23,432 nt of DNA from Bodo saltans. Taxonomy: Eukaryota. The translations under genes and the position numbers were made by a program. The DNA lies in contig CYKH01002023.1 of the NCBI GenBank assembly GCA_001460835.1, positions 1 to 23,432 on the forward strand, given 5' to 3'. The notes under the pieces are model-generated. The model was not told where the DNA came from. It saw nothing but the letters and a program-made list of their open reading frames with translations, and made no database searches. Shown here in pieces: positions 1 through 9,036 of this stretch. The stretch's first letter is position 1. Each line of letters starts with the position of its first letter.

Positions 1-123
1 AAAACGAACCTATCTGAGCGGAAAAGAAGCTATTTGAGCATTATGTTGAGAGGTGTTTTTGGAAGTTTCACATACATGAGCAGCAAGTGTGAAAGATTTG
101 GCGGAGCGTGTTACAATGAGCTG

Positions 124-189
124 GAGAGTTTTTTTTTCCTTTTGAGGTTTGGGTTGCTGACTTTGGCTTCTTGTTTCGCTTTTGTAGAG
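124..189 (+). promoter_or_regulatory. pyrimidine-rich tract plus AG upstream of the SAR1 ATG (candidate spliced-leader trans-splice acceptor region)
   Basis: The tract gtttttttttcctttt and ggcttcttgtttcgcttttgtag, with an AG at 186-187, lie 11 nt before ATG 198. Confidence 0.45.
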
Positions 190-197
190 AAGAACTG

Positions 198-785
198 ATG
201 GGTTGGTTTTCGTGGTTCTGGGACATGTTGTCCTTCCTTGGCCTCAACAACAAGACTGGCAAGATCTTGTTTTTGGGACTTGACAATGCGGGTAAGACCA
301 CGCTTCTTGGCAAGTTGTCCACGGATCAAGTCCACCAGCACCGCCCAACGTTTCACCCGAATGTCGAAGAGCTTACCCTCGGTGGCATTAAACTCAAGAC
401 AATCGACATGGGTGGCCACATTCAGGCTCGCCGCCTGTGGAAGGATTACTTTACCAAGGTTGATGGCGTTGTGTTTCTTGTCGATGCCGCGAACGGTGAA
501 CGTTTCGAGGAAGCAAAGAAGGAACTTGACATGCTTCTCCAGACTGAGGAGCTTGCCAAGACCCCATTTGTGATTTTGGGAAATAAGATTGACCTCCCAA
601 ACGCCATTTCCGAACCTGGCCTGGTGCAAGTGATGGGTCTCACTGGTCTCCTAACTGGAAAACAAACGAAGGTTGCTCCTGGATCTGGAGTGCGTCCGCT
701 TGAAGTTTACATGTGTAGTGTTGTCAAAAAGGTTGGGTACGGTGACGCTTTCCGATGGCTGTCTCAGTACTTGCAAAATGCGTAG
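198..785 (+). CDS. SAR1: Sar1 small GTPase (COPII coat assembly)
   Basis: Translation [16 protein letters not shown]...[11 protein letters not shown] (G1 P-loop), DMGGH (G3) and NKID (G4). The amphipathic N-terminal helix is typical of Sar1 rather than Arf. The track ORF 171..785 starts at TTG, so the first ATG at 198 is used. About 195 aa, the usual Sar1 size. Confidence 0.9.
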   Translation: MGWFSWFWDMLSFLGLNNKTGKILFLGLDNAGKTTLLGKLSTDQVHQHRPTFHPNVEELTLGGIKLKTIDMGGHIQARRLWKDYFTKVDGVVFLVDAANGERFEEAKKELDMLLQTEELAKTPFVILGNKIDLPNAISEPGLVQVMGLTGLLTGKQTKVAPGSGVRPLEVYMCSVVKKVGYGDAFRWLSQYLQNA

Positions 786-904
786 GAGGTTTATGTGCGT
801 AATTCTGCTATTCAAAAACTCTTTCTTTCTTGTGTCTTGTGTCTTATTTTTGAGTGCCACTTCGAATGTCGATAGTTTTTACTTTTTGCTAATGAAGTCG
901 AAAA

Positions 905-1393
905 ATGATCGATCTCAATGATATTTCGTTCACACTTCCGGTGCAGATTGTAACGCACGACATTCCTGCACGCTGTAATTCTGCAACCCCGTTGAAGACG
1001 GCCAACGTGAGACGAATTCAAACACCTCTATCCACTGTTTCTCCTCAGTGCCTCCATGCTTCTCTAGACGCATTGGCAACGGAACTGAACGACAGCGATA
1101 GCGGTCGCGTTGGTTTCATTTGTAAGAGCCTTAGTGCTATTGCCGATGAGATTGAGCGCCTTCCGTTCGCTGTCAATGCGAGCGAGCTCTCCTTGCTGTT
1201 GGCGAAGATTACTCAACTCTTCGCTGCTGCTGAGGGTAAGGAAAACTGCGAGCATACTATCGCCAAGAAGGTGCGAAAAATTCAAACACCACAACTTGAC
1301 CTTCGATCCTTCAGAACTAAAACTCCCCTTTGTCCTCGTGATATTCAACGTGCGGAGGATGAACCAACACCCCGAAGATTTCTTTTCCCATAG
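905..1393 (+). CDS. hypothetical protein, 162 aa, no recognisable domain
   Basis: ATG-initiated ORF filling the Sar1-to-coiled-coil spacer. It sits 120 nt after the Sar1 stop and 104 nt before the next ATG, the same spacing as the rest of the array. A pyrimidine tract at 873-889 and an AG at 896-897 lie just upstream. The predicted protein has amphipathic helical segments (ALATELNDSDSGRVGFICKSLSAIADEIERL). Reality uncertain: it could be UTR sequence. Confidence 0.45.
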   Translation: MIDLNDISFTLPVQIVTHDIPARCNSATPLKTANVRRIQTPLSTVSPQCLHASLDALATELNDSDSGRVGFICKSLSAIADEIERLPFAVNASELSLLLAKITQLFAAAEGKENCEHTIAKKVRKIQTPQLDLRSFRTKTPLCPRDIQRAEDEPTPRRFLFP

Positions 1394-1460
1394 ATCACAC
1401 GAAACATTGTTCTTCTGATACGCAACTTTAAAAGCTCGATTGTTTTCAACGATGGATTGA

Positions 1461-1488
1461 CTCTTTTTCGTCTTCGCTTCTTCACTAG
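1461..1488 (+). promoter_or_regulatory. pyrimidine tract plus AG (candidate trans-splice acceptor) before the coiled-coil gene
   Basis: ctctttttcgtcttcgcttcttcactag, with AG 1487-1488 and the ATG 9 nt downstream. Confidence 0.45.
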
Positions 1489-1496
1489 ATCTTGAG

Positions 1497-3257
1497 ATGC
1501 CACCCAAGGGAAAGAAGAAGGGACAGTCCAAGGAGGAGCTTGAGCGCATTGCTCGAGAGCAAGAAGAGCTGCAACGGATTCAAGAACTGTTGCAGCGAGA
1601 GAGTGAGGCTGAAGACCGCCAGCGACGAGAAAATGAACGACGCGATGCTGAGGAGAACGAGGAACGTAAGCGTGCCAAGAAAGAAGAGCAAATGCGATTG
1701 ATGGCGGAGAAAGATTCTCGCATTTTGCTGCTGACGACTGAACTGGATTCCCAAAAGACATTATTCTCTTCTGAGAGATTTGAGCTGGAAGCAGAGCTTG
1801 AGCGCATGCTTCAACTGAAAGACTCCTTGCTGAATGAAGTCAGTGTATTGCGAGCAGAGGGTGACGACATCCAGCGGAAGCTCCTTGAGGAACGAAACGA
1901 AGTCACTTACGCGCTGGATTCAGCAAACCAGGACAACAAGAAGCTGCAAACTGAACTTTCTGCTCTTGGCGATGCAAACCGAAAAGAGATATCTGAGTTA
2001 GACTCGAATCTTCGTGAAACCCAGCAACAGCTCGAAGTCCTTTCGGCAACACATAAGCGTCTCGACTGGGAAAGCTCTTCACGAATCAAGAACTTGGAAC
2101 GCGAGTTGGAGAAAAGTAAAGCACTCATCAATACTTTGCAGGAAGCTCTGCAAGAGCGAAACGAAGAAGATCGCAGGAACGTCACCCTTCTCCAGATGCT
2201 GAACCACCAGCTTGATGAAAACAAGCAGCGATCTCAACAGCTTCTCGAAGAAGAGCGCGAGAAAACTCAAAAGGTCAAGAAAGAGCTCCTCACTGTCGAG
2301 ACTCTCGTGAAACAGCTCCAAGAGGAAAACGATTTGCACCGTCGTGAGAAAGAGGCGTTCAAACGTCAGTCAGAGAATGATTTGCAGGACTACAAGTCAA
2401 AGCTTGAGCAGATGAAGTTCGACATGAAGTACTTGCACACAGAGCTTCACAGCTTCAAAGCGATGTGCTCAAAACACCAACAAGAGTCAACGCAAGTGAA
2501 GGCTTCAGCTGCAACCGAAACTAGCAACGCTCGCATCGAAGTTGATTCTGTGAACAAGAAAGTGGATGAGCTAGAAAGTCTCATTCGCCGCAAGGACCGT
2601 GAACACTTTGACAAGGTGACATTTCTCAATGCTCAAATTTCAAACAACCGCACCATTATCTCTCAACTTCAACACAAGCTCTCTCGAGAACGCGACGAGC
2701 ATGTTGCTGATTCTTCTGCAGTTGCAACCGAAGTTCAGGAAAAAGCACTGACAATTCAATCATTGCACTCTGACTTGGAGAAGAAAAAGTCAAGTGCATA
2801 CGAAAACGAAGCAAAGCTCTCTTCAGATATTTCAATTTTGAAATCTACTGTGTTTCAACTCCAAGCAGCTCTAGTTGAGCGCGAGAAGCAACTTGAGACT
2901 TCACGTGCAGCTCAAAATGAAGAAATTCGTCGCTTGCGCTCGAAACTCGATGAGCATTTCATTCCTCATCGCAATGAAGAGAACGGCGTGACAGTGGACG
3001 AGAAGTCCGTCGAAACTGCATTGAGCGAGAAAGTTAGCTTCTTGACTCGAGAGTTGGAGCTTCGCAACAAGGTTGCTCTTGAAAATGAACAGCGCATGAA
3101 AGGCCAGGTTTCAAATCAAAATCAAATTATTGACAGCCTTCAAGAAGAACTTCACAAGACAAAGTCTGAGTGGCGTGCAGAGGTAAAGCTGCTTGATGAT
3201 GAGATTGGTCGATTGAAAAAGACTCTTGACGTTCATTTTATCCCTTACCAGAAGTAG
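1497..3257 (+). CDS. coiled-coil protein, 586 aa, with a Lys/Glu/Arg-rich N-terminus
   Basis: ATG at 1497 is preceded by pyrimidine tract 1461-1486 and an AG at 1487-1488. The protein is almost entirely heptad-like E/K/R/L/Q sequence (MPPKGKKKGQSKEELERIAREQEELQRIQELLQRESEAEDRQRRENERR...). No enzymatic motif. Confidence 0.75.
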   Translation: MPPKGKKKGQSKEELERIAREQEELQRIQELLQRESEAEDRQRRENERRDAEENEERKRAKKEEQMRLMAEKDSRILLLTTELDSQKTLFSSERFELEAELERMLQLKDSLLNEVSVLRAEGDDIQRKLLEERNEVTYALDSANQDNKKLQTELSALGDANRKEISELDSNLRETQQQLEVLSATHKRLDWESSSRIKNLERELEKSKALINTLQEALQERNEEDRRNVTLLQMLNHQLDENKQRSQQLLEEEREKTQKVKKELLTVETLVKQLQEENDLHRREKEAFKRQSENDLQDYKSKLEQMKFDMKYLHTELHSFKAMCSKHQQESTQVKASAATETSNARIEVDSVNKKVDELESLIRRKDREHFDKVTFLNAQISNNRTIISQLQHKLSRERDEHVADSSAVATEVQEKALTIQSLHSDLEKKKSSAYENEAKLSSDISILKSTVFQLQAALVEREKQLETSRAAQNEEIRRLRSKLDEHFIPHRNEENGVTVDEKSVETALSEKVSFLTRELELRNKVALENEQRMKGQVSNQNQIIDSLQEELHKTKSEWRAEVKLLDDEIGRLKKTLDVHFIPYQK

Positions 3258-3359
3258 AATTCCATTGGACTACATGTACGAAAGATGTTAGATGTACCAA
3301 GAGCAGCATCTTCCGATAAAATATTAAGATAGTGATGCCCTCATCTTCCACGAATCATG

Positions 3360-3387
3360 TTCTTGTTTTTGTTTTTTTTCATGACAG
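3360..3387 (+). promoter_or_regulatory. pyrimidine tract plus AG before the LKR/SDH gene
   Basis: tcttgtttttgttttttttc, then acag at 3384-3387. Confidence 0.45.
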
Positions 3388-3416
3388 TCCTAGAAAGCCA
3401 TAAATCAGATATCGAG

Positions 3417-6302
3417 ATGCTTCGTCGCAGCGTTTGCCGCTCAGCAATTGCCGGCAACGGGATCATTGGCGTTCGTCGTGAAGACAAGAACGTTTGGGAG
3501 CGTCGCGTACCACTTACACCGAAGCATGTTGAGCATCTTCTTCAGCATGGCGTTGTCAAGAAAGTCATTGTACAGCCGTCAACTATTCGCTGCTATGACG
3601 ATCGCGCGTACGCTGAGGCTGGCGCGGAGATCAAGGAGGATCTTTCTGAGGCTGCTACAATTTGCGCAGTCAAAGAGGTTCCTGGTCAGCTGTTGATTCC
3701 AGAGCGCTCATACATGTTCTTTTCTCACACCATCAAGGCTCAGTCGTACAACATGCCACTGCTTGACACGATCTTGCAAAAAAACGTTCGACTCTTTGAC
3801 TACGAGAGGATCGTGAACACCGATGGACGTATGGTCAAATTTGGACCGTACGCCGGGTTTGCAGGAATGATCGACACGCTGCACGCACTGGGCCTTGCCT
3901 TGCTGACTCGAGGATATGCGACTCCTTTCCTTCACCTTTCGATGTCGAAGGAGTACAGCAGTCTCGATGTTGCGCGCGCTGATCTTCGTGAGATCGGTGA
4001 ACAAATTCGCAAGCGTGGACTCCCCTCTGAGTGCTGCCCACTCACGATTGCCATTACTGGCGCTGGCAGTGTCAGCAATGCAGCGCAACAGATTTTGCAC
4101 CTTCTCCCCTGCAAATATGTTGAGGTCGAAGATTTGCCCAAGATTTGGAACCAACGCACCAAAGACCACCATCATGTGTATGTTGTCGTTGTTCGCTCGA
4201 AGGACATGGTTGTTCCGATTGACCCTGCTCGTCGCTTCTCGTCGAAGGACTACTATCAAAACCCGAATGACTACAAGCCAATTTTTCACGAGAAGGTTGC
4301 GCCGTACATCCGATGCCTTGTGAACGGCATGTACTGGGAGCCTCGATTCCCTCGGCTGTTGACAACAACTCAAGCACGAGAGCTTGCCAAGGATAACCGT
4401 TTCCCATTGCTTGCTCTTGGAGAGATTACTTGCGATGTTGGCGGGTCTATTGAGTTTTTTGTCAAAGCTACGACAATTCAGAATCCATTTTACGTATATG
4501 ATATTCAAACAGATGCTGTCATGGAGATGCATCAGTTCAATGGCAAAGGTGTGATTATTCTTGGTGTTGATCACATCCCCGCAGAATTCCCGAAGGAGTC
4601 ATCCACAGACTTCGGTGATGGGCTTGTTCCTCTCATCGAACGTGTTTCAGTCAGCGATGGGTCTGCGAGTCTCGAACAGCAAAGTGAGCAAATGGGTCCT
4701 GAGATATTCAATTCTATGATCACCTGCAAAGGACAGTTAACTCCGAACTTCAAGTACATTGCTACTCTGCGGGCCCAGAAGGAAAGTCAAGCGGAGAGTA
4801 AGCGCAAGGTGCTTGTGTTTGGAGGTGGTATGACCTCAGGCCCATGCGTACGACACTTGCTGCAAGACGGCCGCAACATCGTTACGCTTGTGGACAAAGA
4901 TCAGTCAAACCTGAACAAAATTGCTGCTACGTTCGGCAAGAACCTTGGTCTTGAAGATGGCAGTGGCGGCCTTCGTCATGCTGTCGCTGATGCAGGTAAG
5001 GTTGATTCTTACATCACTTCGCTGATCAAAGCATCTGATGTTGTTGTGTCAATGCTGCCGGCAACAATGCACGCCAAGATTGCGGAGACCGCAATCGCGT
5101 GCAACGTTCCCATGGTCACTGCGAGTTACGTCGCGCCTGAAATGGAGAAACTCCGCAAGCAAGCGGAGGCTCAGAACGTCGTTATCGTTAACGAAATGGG
5201 ACTTGACCCTGGTATTGACATTATGACAACTGCCAAGCTGCTCAATGAAATCCGTCGCGACGGAGGAGTTGTAACCAGTTATGTCTCGCTCTGTGGAGCA
5301 CTACCTCAACCTGAAAACTCAGATGGTCCTATGGGCTACAAATTTTCGTGGAGCCCTCGTGGCGTCCTTTCGGCAGCCACTCGCCCCGCCCGCTTTTACG
5401 CTGGCAAGCAATGGCATGAGATTCCAGGTGACTTGCTTTATCACTTTATTCAGCCCCTTGTTGGCTTCAAGGGTCTAGATCTCAACTGGATCCCGAACGG
5501 CGATGCTGAACGATACTTGAACAGCTACCAGCTCGGTGGGCCGGAGGTCGATACAATTATTCGAGGAACACTGCGCTACAGTGCGTTCGCACCTGTTATT
5601 TACGCGCTGCGACCCTTGGGAATGCTCGATGCATCGACACCAGTGGAAGAGTTGACAATGAAGTCCTCCAAGTTCCTAAGCTATCCTTCACTCCTAAGAA
5701 AGATGATTGGTTCAACAAACCGCGATCAAGTGGTGAATGATCTCGCTGCGTTTTTGACGAAACGCATTTCTGAGGACCGCGCCCGTGCTCATGCCACCGA
5801 GACTTGGAAAGCACTTCAAAACGTCAAGATGAGTTCCGATGTCAGCCCGTCCGCACTTGTCACTCTTGAGCGAGAAGTATCCATTATCATGAGCACATTT
5901 GCTCGGCTTGGCCTGTTGGATGAGAACTCTATCGTTCCCAAAACTAACGACGGATTTGTGATCGATTCTCTCTGCACAACGCTGCAAGCATTGATGGGCT
6001 ACCGTTCTCACGAGCGCGACTTCACTATGATGATTCACCGCATTCGTGCATTCTTCCCGAAGACTGGAAAGAACAAGGTGTACAAGGCTACTCTGTCTCT
6101 CCGCGGACAGGATCTTGCCAATACCGCAACAGCGATCACTGTTGGACTTCCAGTTGGCGCCACGGCCCAGCTGATCCTCAACAATGGGCTTGCAGGCAAG
6201 AACGGTTTGATTAGCCCTACAGATGAGCGAGTGTACCTCCCGATTCTTGCCGAACTTGACCGCCAAGGAATCCGCATGCATGAGGAGTGCCGTGAAGAGT
6301 AA
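3417..6302 (+). CDS. bifunctional lysine-ketoglutarate reductase / saccharopine dehydrogenase (alpha-aminoadipic semialdehyde synthase-like)
   Basis: N-terminal half GVRREDKNVWERRVPLTPKHVEHLL...AITGAGSVSNAAQQ matches the alanine-dehydrogenase/PNT-type LKR domain. C-terminal half KVLVFGGGMTSGPCVRHLL...VTASYVAPEM...MGLDPGIDIM matches the saccharopine dehydrogenase NADP-binding and C-terminal domains. The track ORF starts at ATG 3357, but codons 1-8 (MFLFLFFF) are the pyrimidine tract itself. The first AG after the tract is at 3386-3387, so ATG 3417 is the likely start (MLRRSVCRSAIAG, presequence-like); ATG 3381 is an alternative. Confidence 0.85.
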   Translation: MLRRSVCRSAIAGNGIIGVRREDKNVWERRVPLTPKHVEHLLQHGVVKKVIVQPSTIRCYDDRAYAEAGAEIKEDLSEAATICAVKEVPGQLLIPERSYMFFSHTIKAQSYNMPLLDTILQKNVRLFDYERIVNTDGRMVKFGPYAGFAGMIDTLHALGLALLTRGYATPFLHLSMSKEYSSLDVARADLREIGEQIRKRGLPSECCPLTIAITGAGSVSNAAQQILHLLPCKYVEVEDLPKIWNQRTKDHHHVYVVVVRSKDMVVPIDPARRFSSKDYYQNPNDYKPIFHEKVAPYIRCLVNGMYWEPRFPRLLTTTQARELAKDNRFPLLALGEITCDVGGSIEFFVKATTIQNPFYVYDIQTDAVMEMHQFNGKGVIILGVDHIPAEFPKESSTDFGDGLVPLIERVSVSDGSASLEQQSEQMGPEIFNSMITCKGQLTPNFKYIATLRAQKESQAESKRKVLVFGGGMTSGPCVRHLLQDGRNIVTLVDKDQSNLNKIAATFGKNLGLEDGSGGLRHAVADAGKVDSYITSLIKASDVVVSMLPATMHAKIAETAIACNVPMVTASYVAPEMEKLRKQAEAQNVVIVNEMGLDPGIDIMTTAKLLNEIRRDGGVVTSYVSLCGALPQPENSDGPMGYKFSWSPRGVLSAATRPARFYAGKQWHEIPGDLLYHFIQPLVGFKGLDLNWIPNGDAERYLNSYQLGGPEVDTIIRGTLRYSAFAPVIYALRPLGMLDASTPVEELTMKSSKFLSYPSLLRKMIGSTNRDQVVNDLAAFLTKRISEDRARAHATETWKALQNVKMSSDVSPSALVTLEREVSIIMSTFARLGLLDENSIVPKTNDGFVIDSLCTTLQALMGYRSHERDFTMMIHRIRAFFPKTGKNKVYKATLSLRGQDLANTATAITVGLPVGATAQLILNNGLAGKNGLISPTDERVYLPILAELDRQGIRMHEECREE

Positions 6303-6440
6303 ACCAGGAAAATTAACCATGTTTCTGCATTTCCAGAGCGTTGACGCATAGCTACTAATTACTGATGACTGCAAATGATCGGAACAACGAACCACTTCTC
6401 TTCGTTTTGCTTAGCTTGACGTGATTGGTGGTTACCACAA

Positions 6441-6466
6441 CCTTTTTTCTTTCTCGTTTCGAAAAG
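6441..6466 (+). promoter_or_regulatory. pyrimidine tract plus AG before the LysM-repeat gene
   Basis: ccttttttctttctcgtttcg, then aaaag, with the ATG at 6474. Confidence 0.45.
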
Positions 6467-6473
6467 AATTGAA

Positions 6474-8924
6474 ATGAGGCGCACAGCAAGCCGGCAGTAT
6501 TACTGGTCTCGGTACCGTCTACCGGCCGCACCGCCCAAGATGGATGGCCCTGCGCCAGTTGCTGCACCGCAAAACATGAATAGCACCGATACCAATGAAT
6601 ACATTGACCCCATCGATGACAAGTTCCCAAGAAGTATTCGTGGCGACATGACAAGACCTGACGTTCCAACAGAACAATATGTTGACAGTTGGTACATTTG
6701 CGATAGCATGACTCATCATCGAGGGGACTTTCGCCCGTGGTCGAGTACTGCTCCTGCAAATGCATTCCGATTCCGCCCGTTTAATGAGTTTGATGCAAAG
6801 GGACGCGAGTACGTTGCGAAACTACGTTCATACGACAACTACGATGCGCAAAAGTCCGTGGGAAAAGGTCAAGGTGGATTTCCTTTTAGAGAGCCGTACC
6901 TCACTGCAATGAATCCCGAGAACGCAACCACCCCGTCACCAACGCTCAGCACAACTTTGAATCGGGCAATACGAGCGAGTCACATGCATCAAAAGGAGCT
7001 GTCACCTCTCGAGGAGCAGCGTGATGTTGGCCGTGTCGAAACGGTCTACCCTGGAGCCGGCAAGTTGGCAGTGGATTCCTCAAGATTTCCTTACAATTGG
7101 AAGACCGAGGACTTCTATGAGTATGAGGTTGCCAAAGCGAGATTGAAGCGCTTTGTTATTGAGAATCAAGATGGTGCCGATGTCAACAGCTCCGAAGTGA
7201 CGTACAAACTTGTGCTGGAAGGTTTGTGGGACCACCACGTGCAGAAGCTAGCGGATGACGTGGCGATGTTCTTAAAAGATGTTGGTCGCCAAATTGTGGA
7301 AGAGCGACTCGTATCCATCAGGAAGCAGATTGAAGAACTAAGAAGCGGCCATTCAAGCATCGATCCAGAGCTTTTGGCTGCGTTCAATAGCCACACTATC
7401 GGGCCATTCGGTACTTCCGATGAATACTCGCGCGAAGAAGTTGCGGCTTTCCTTCAGAAAGAGCTAACCCTTCTCGAAGAGCAGTGTGTGAAGCTGATCA
7501 ACCGATGCAACGTCCCCGTCCCTGGGGCTATGAACCTGTACGACCCACAAACATCCTGGCCTTTTGTTGAAACGCTGGAGCCATGGGTTCGCATGGCTGA
7601 ATATTGGACAAGCTCTTCAGACACTTCGTTTACCGAGCTTGAGATGTCCACTGCGCATGCTGAATTCCGTCGGTACTTCCGAGTCGTTGTGGTGAAGATG
7701 CCATTCCAAAGCAGCGAGTTTGAGAAGCGTATGTATGACATCAGGCATTGGCTTCATCGACAGACGTCAGTTGAATTTCAAACAATTTACAAGCGTAACC
7801 ATGTCCATGACTCGGCCAAGTTTCCAACGGAGCATGATCCACTGCACGCTACAACACACGAACACCACCGAATGTTTTCATTTGCTCTGGATTGGAACTC
7901 AGCTCCAAGCCACTTTTCTTCCACGGCGACCGTGCAACCTGGAGAAACGTGGGATTCGATCGCTGTACGCCTCGGTACCTCGGTGGAACAGTTGCAACGT
8001 GTGAATCCAGACTGCGAAGCGCTTCAGGTTGGCCTCACACTAGTCGTTCCGGCAAGCTCAACTCGGCGCACAACGGGATCGCGAGGGTCAACTGAACAGT
8101 TGCTTCCCTTGACAGACATCAATGGTGTGCGACGACTTTCGAATTGGGCTGACGCAGCGGCCGCGTTAGGATGCACCGTCGAAGAGCTACAGCAAGCGAA
8201 TGGTGCAGCTGTTACTGTTTATGACGGTGAGGGCAACTGCTTCCACTCAACAACGGCTCAGCTTGTGATTCCTGAGAATGCAGTGGAACATGACGGCGCA
8301 TTTGAGTTTGCCAAGGCGGAAGAGATTTTCGAGTCCGACTCGTGGGAATCCATTGCAGCTCGGTTGGGTTGCACCGTTGTGGATCTCAAATCTAGCAATT
8401 CTGGCGTTGAAACGCTCGTAACAGGTGGAGTGGTGAATGTCCCTCTTTCTGCAAAGAATCCCAGGAGACTATTCAATCCACTGCTGCGTCCTTCTGCCTC
8501 GATTGATGAGGTCATTCCTCGAACAATTGGTGAGCAGGCGTCTGTGCCAGATATCGATCGTCTTCCCAAGAATGCAGGAGAGTTCCCCCATGAATACCAC
8601 ACACCCTCGAGCAAATTCCCAATGACGCCGAAAATGGAAGACTTCGTTGCAGACGATTGGCTTTCGTACACAGCTCGTTTCTTGGACAAGGAACTTTCAA
8701 CGAGCGCGTCTGCAGAGCCCATGTTTACGGTGAATCGGTTGTGGCCCATGCTTCAAGTCCCAGGAAAGGTAGATGCCACTCCTTTCGAGGAGGATCAAAC
8801 TTGGATGTCCCACCATATCCCAGTGCACCAAATGGAGTTCCACCATCACGAGAAGGAGAACCAAGATCTTCCGTTTGCTAACCATGAACAATTTGCTAAG
8901 TCAATTGAATGGACAGCGCCTTAG
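6474..8924 (+). CDS. 816-aa protein with three C-terminal LysM-like repeats and a His-rich tail
   Basis: ATG 6474 is preceded by pyrimidine tract 6441-6460 and an AG at 6465-6466. Residues about 486-526 (TVQPGETWDSIAVRLGTSVEQLQRVNPDCEALQVGLTLVVP) match the LysM consensus at nearly every conserved position. Two weaker copies follow (SNWADAAAALGCTVEELQQANG...AQLVIP and SWESIAARLGCTVVDLKSSNSG...VVNVP). The N-terminal 480 aa have no recognisable domain. Confidence 0.7.
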   Translation: MRRTASRQYYWSRYRLPAAPPKMDGPAPVAAPQNMNSTDTNEYIDPIDDKFPRSIRGDMTRPDVPTEQYVDSWYICDSMTHHRGDFRPWSSTAPANAFRFRPFNEFDAKGREYVAKLRSYDNYDAQKSVGKGQGGFPFREPYLTAMNPENATTPSPTLSTTLNRAIRASHMHQKELSPLEEQRDVGRVETVYPGAGKLAVDSSRFPYNWKTEDFYEYEVAKARLKRFVIENQDGADVNSSEVTYKLVLEGLWDHHVQKLADDVAMFLKDVGRQIVEERLVSIRKQIEELRSGHSSIDPELLAAFNSHTIGPFGTSDEYSREEVAAFLQKELTLLEEQCVKLINRCNVPVPGAMNLYDPQTSWPFVETLEPWVRMAEYWTSSSDTSFTELEMSTAHAEFRRYFRVVVVKMPFQSSEFEKRMYDIRHWLHRQTSVEFQTIYKRNHVHDSAKFPTEHDPLHATTHEHHRMFSFALDWNSAPSHFSSTATVQPGETWDSIAVRLGTSVEQLQRVNPDCEALQVGLTLVVPASSTRRTTGSRGSTEQLLPLTDINGVRRLSNWADAAAALGCTVEELQQANGAAVTVYDGEGNCFHSTTAQLVIPENAVEHDGAFEFAKAEEIFESDSWESIAARLGCTVVDLKSSNSGVETLVTGGVVNVPLSAKNPRRLFNPLLRPSASIDEVIPRTIGEQASVPDIDRLPKNAGEFPHEYHTPSSKFPMTPKMEDFVADDWLSYTARFLDKELSTSASAEPMFTVNRLWPMLQVPGKVDATPFEEDQTWMSHHIPVHQMEFHHHEKENQDLPFANHEQFAKSIEWTAP
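7929..8441 (+). other. three tandem LysM-like domains within CDS 6474..8924
   Basis: Repeated W-x-x-I-A-x-x-L-G-x-(S/T)-V-x-x-L-x-x-x-N ... L-V-(I/V)-P pattern, seen three times at about aa 486-526, 553-600 and 619-656. Confidence 0.5.
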
Positions 8925-9036
8925 CGGTGATAGTAAGCATCAAAAAAAAAGAAGTGAATTTGTCATGAGATTTGCAGTGCTGATATGATTGATACGCATT
9001 GGATCTCGTTACCTTTGATTGTCAGACACACAAGAC

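Noticed and set aside
171-197. 5' extensions of track ORFs that begin at TTG or GTG (171, 9019, 10526, 10837, 14573, 16078, 19621)
   Set aside because: I checked the bases, and these starts are TTG or GTG, not ATG. Eukaryotic nuclear genes initiate at ATG. The extensions run through the pyrimidine tract and AG that would be removed or 5' of the mRNA. The first in-frame ATG was used instead.
238-573. Alternate-frame ORFs inside genes, e.g. 238..573 + (111 aa) within SAR1 and 21335..21802 + / 22364..22972 + within MVP
   Set aside because: They overlap strongly supported reading frames, and their translations are low-complexity Ser/Arg/Pro-rich with no motif, typical of off-frame readthrough in GC-biased coding sequence.
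3708-4574. Long minus-strand ORFs: 288 aa here, and also 5712..6395 (227 aa), 21430..22125 (231 aa), 22174..23325 (383 aa), 12038..12526 (162 aa) and 111..629 (172 aa)
   Set aside because: Each lies entirely antisense to a well-supported + strand gene and has no recognisable protein motif. Biased codon usage keeps antisense frames open. They are shadow ORFs, not genes.
8941-8954. A9 run (caaaaaaaaagaag) just after the LysM-protein stop, and other short homopolymers
   Set aside because: Short homopolymers in kinetoplastid-like spacers are common, and there is nothing beyond a possible poly(A)-site context. Only the much longer T10-A12-T10 block was kept as a finding.
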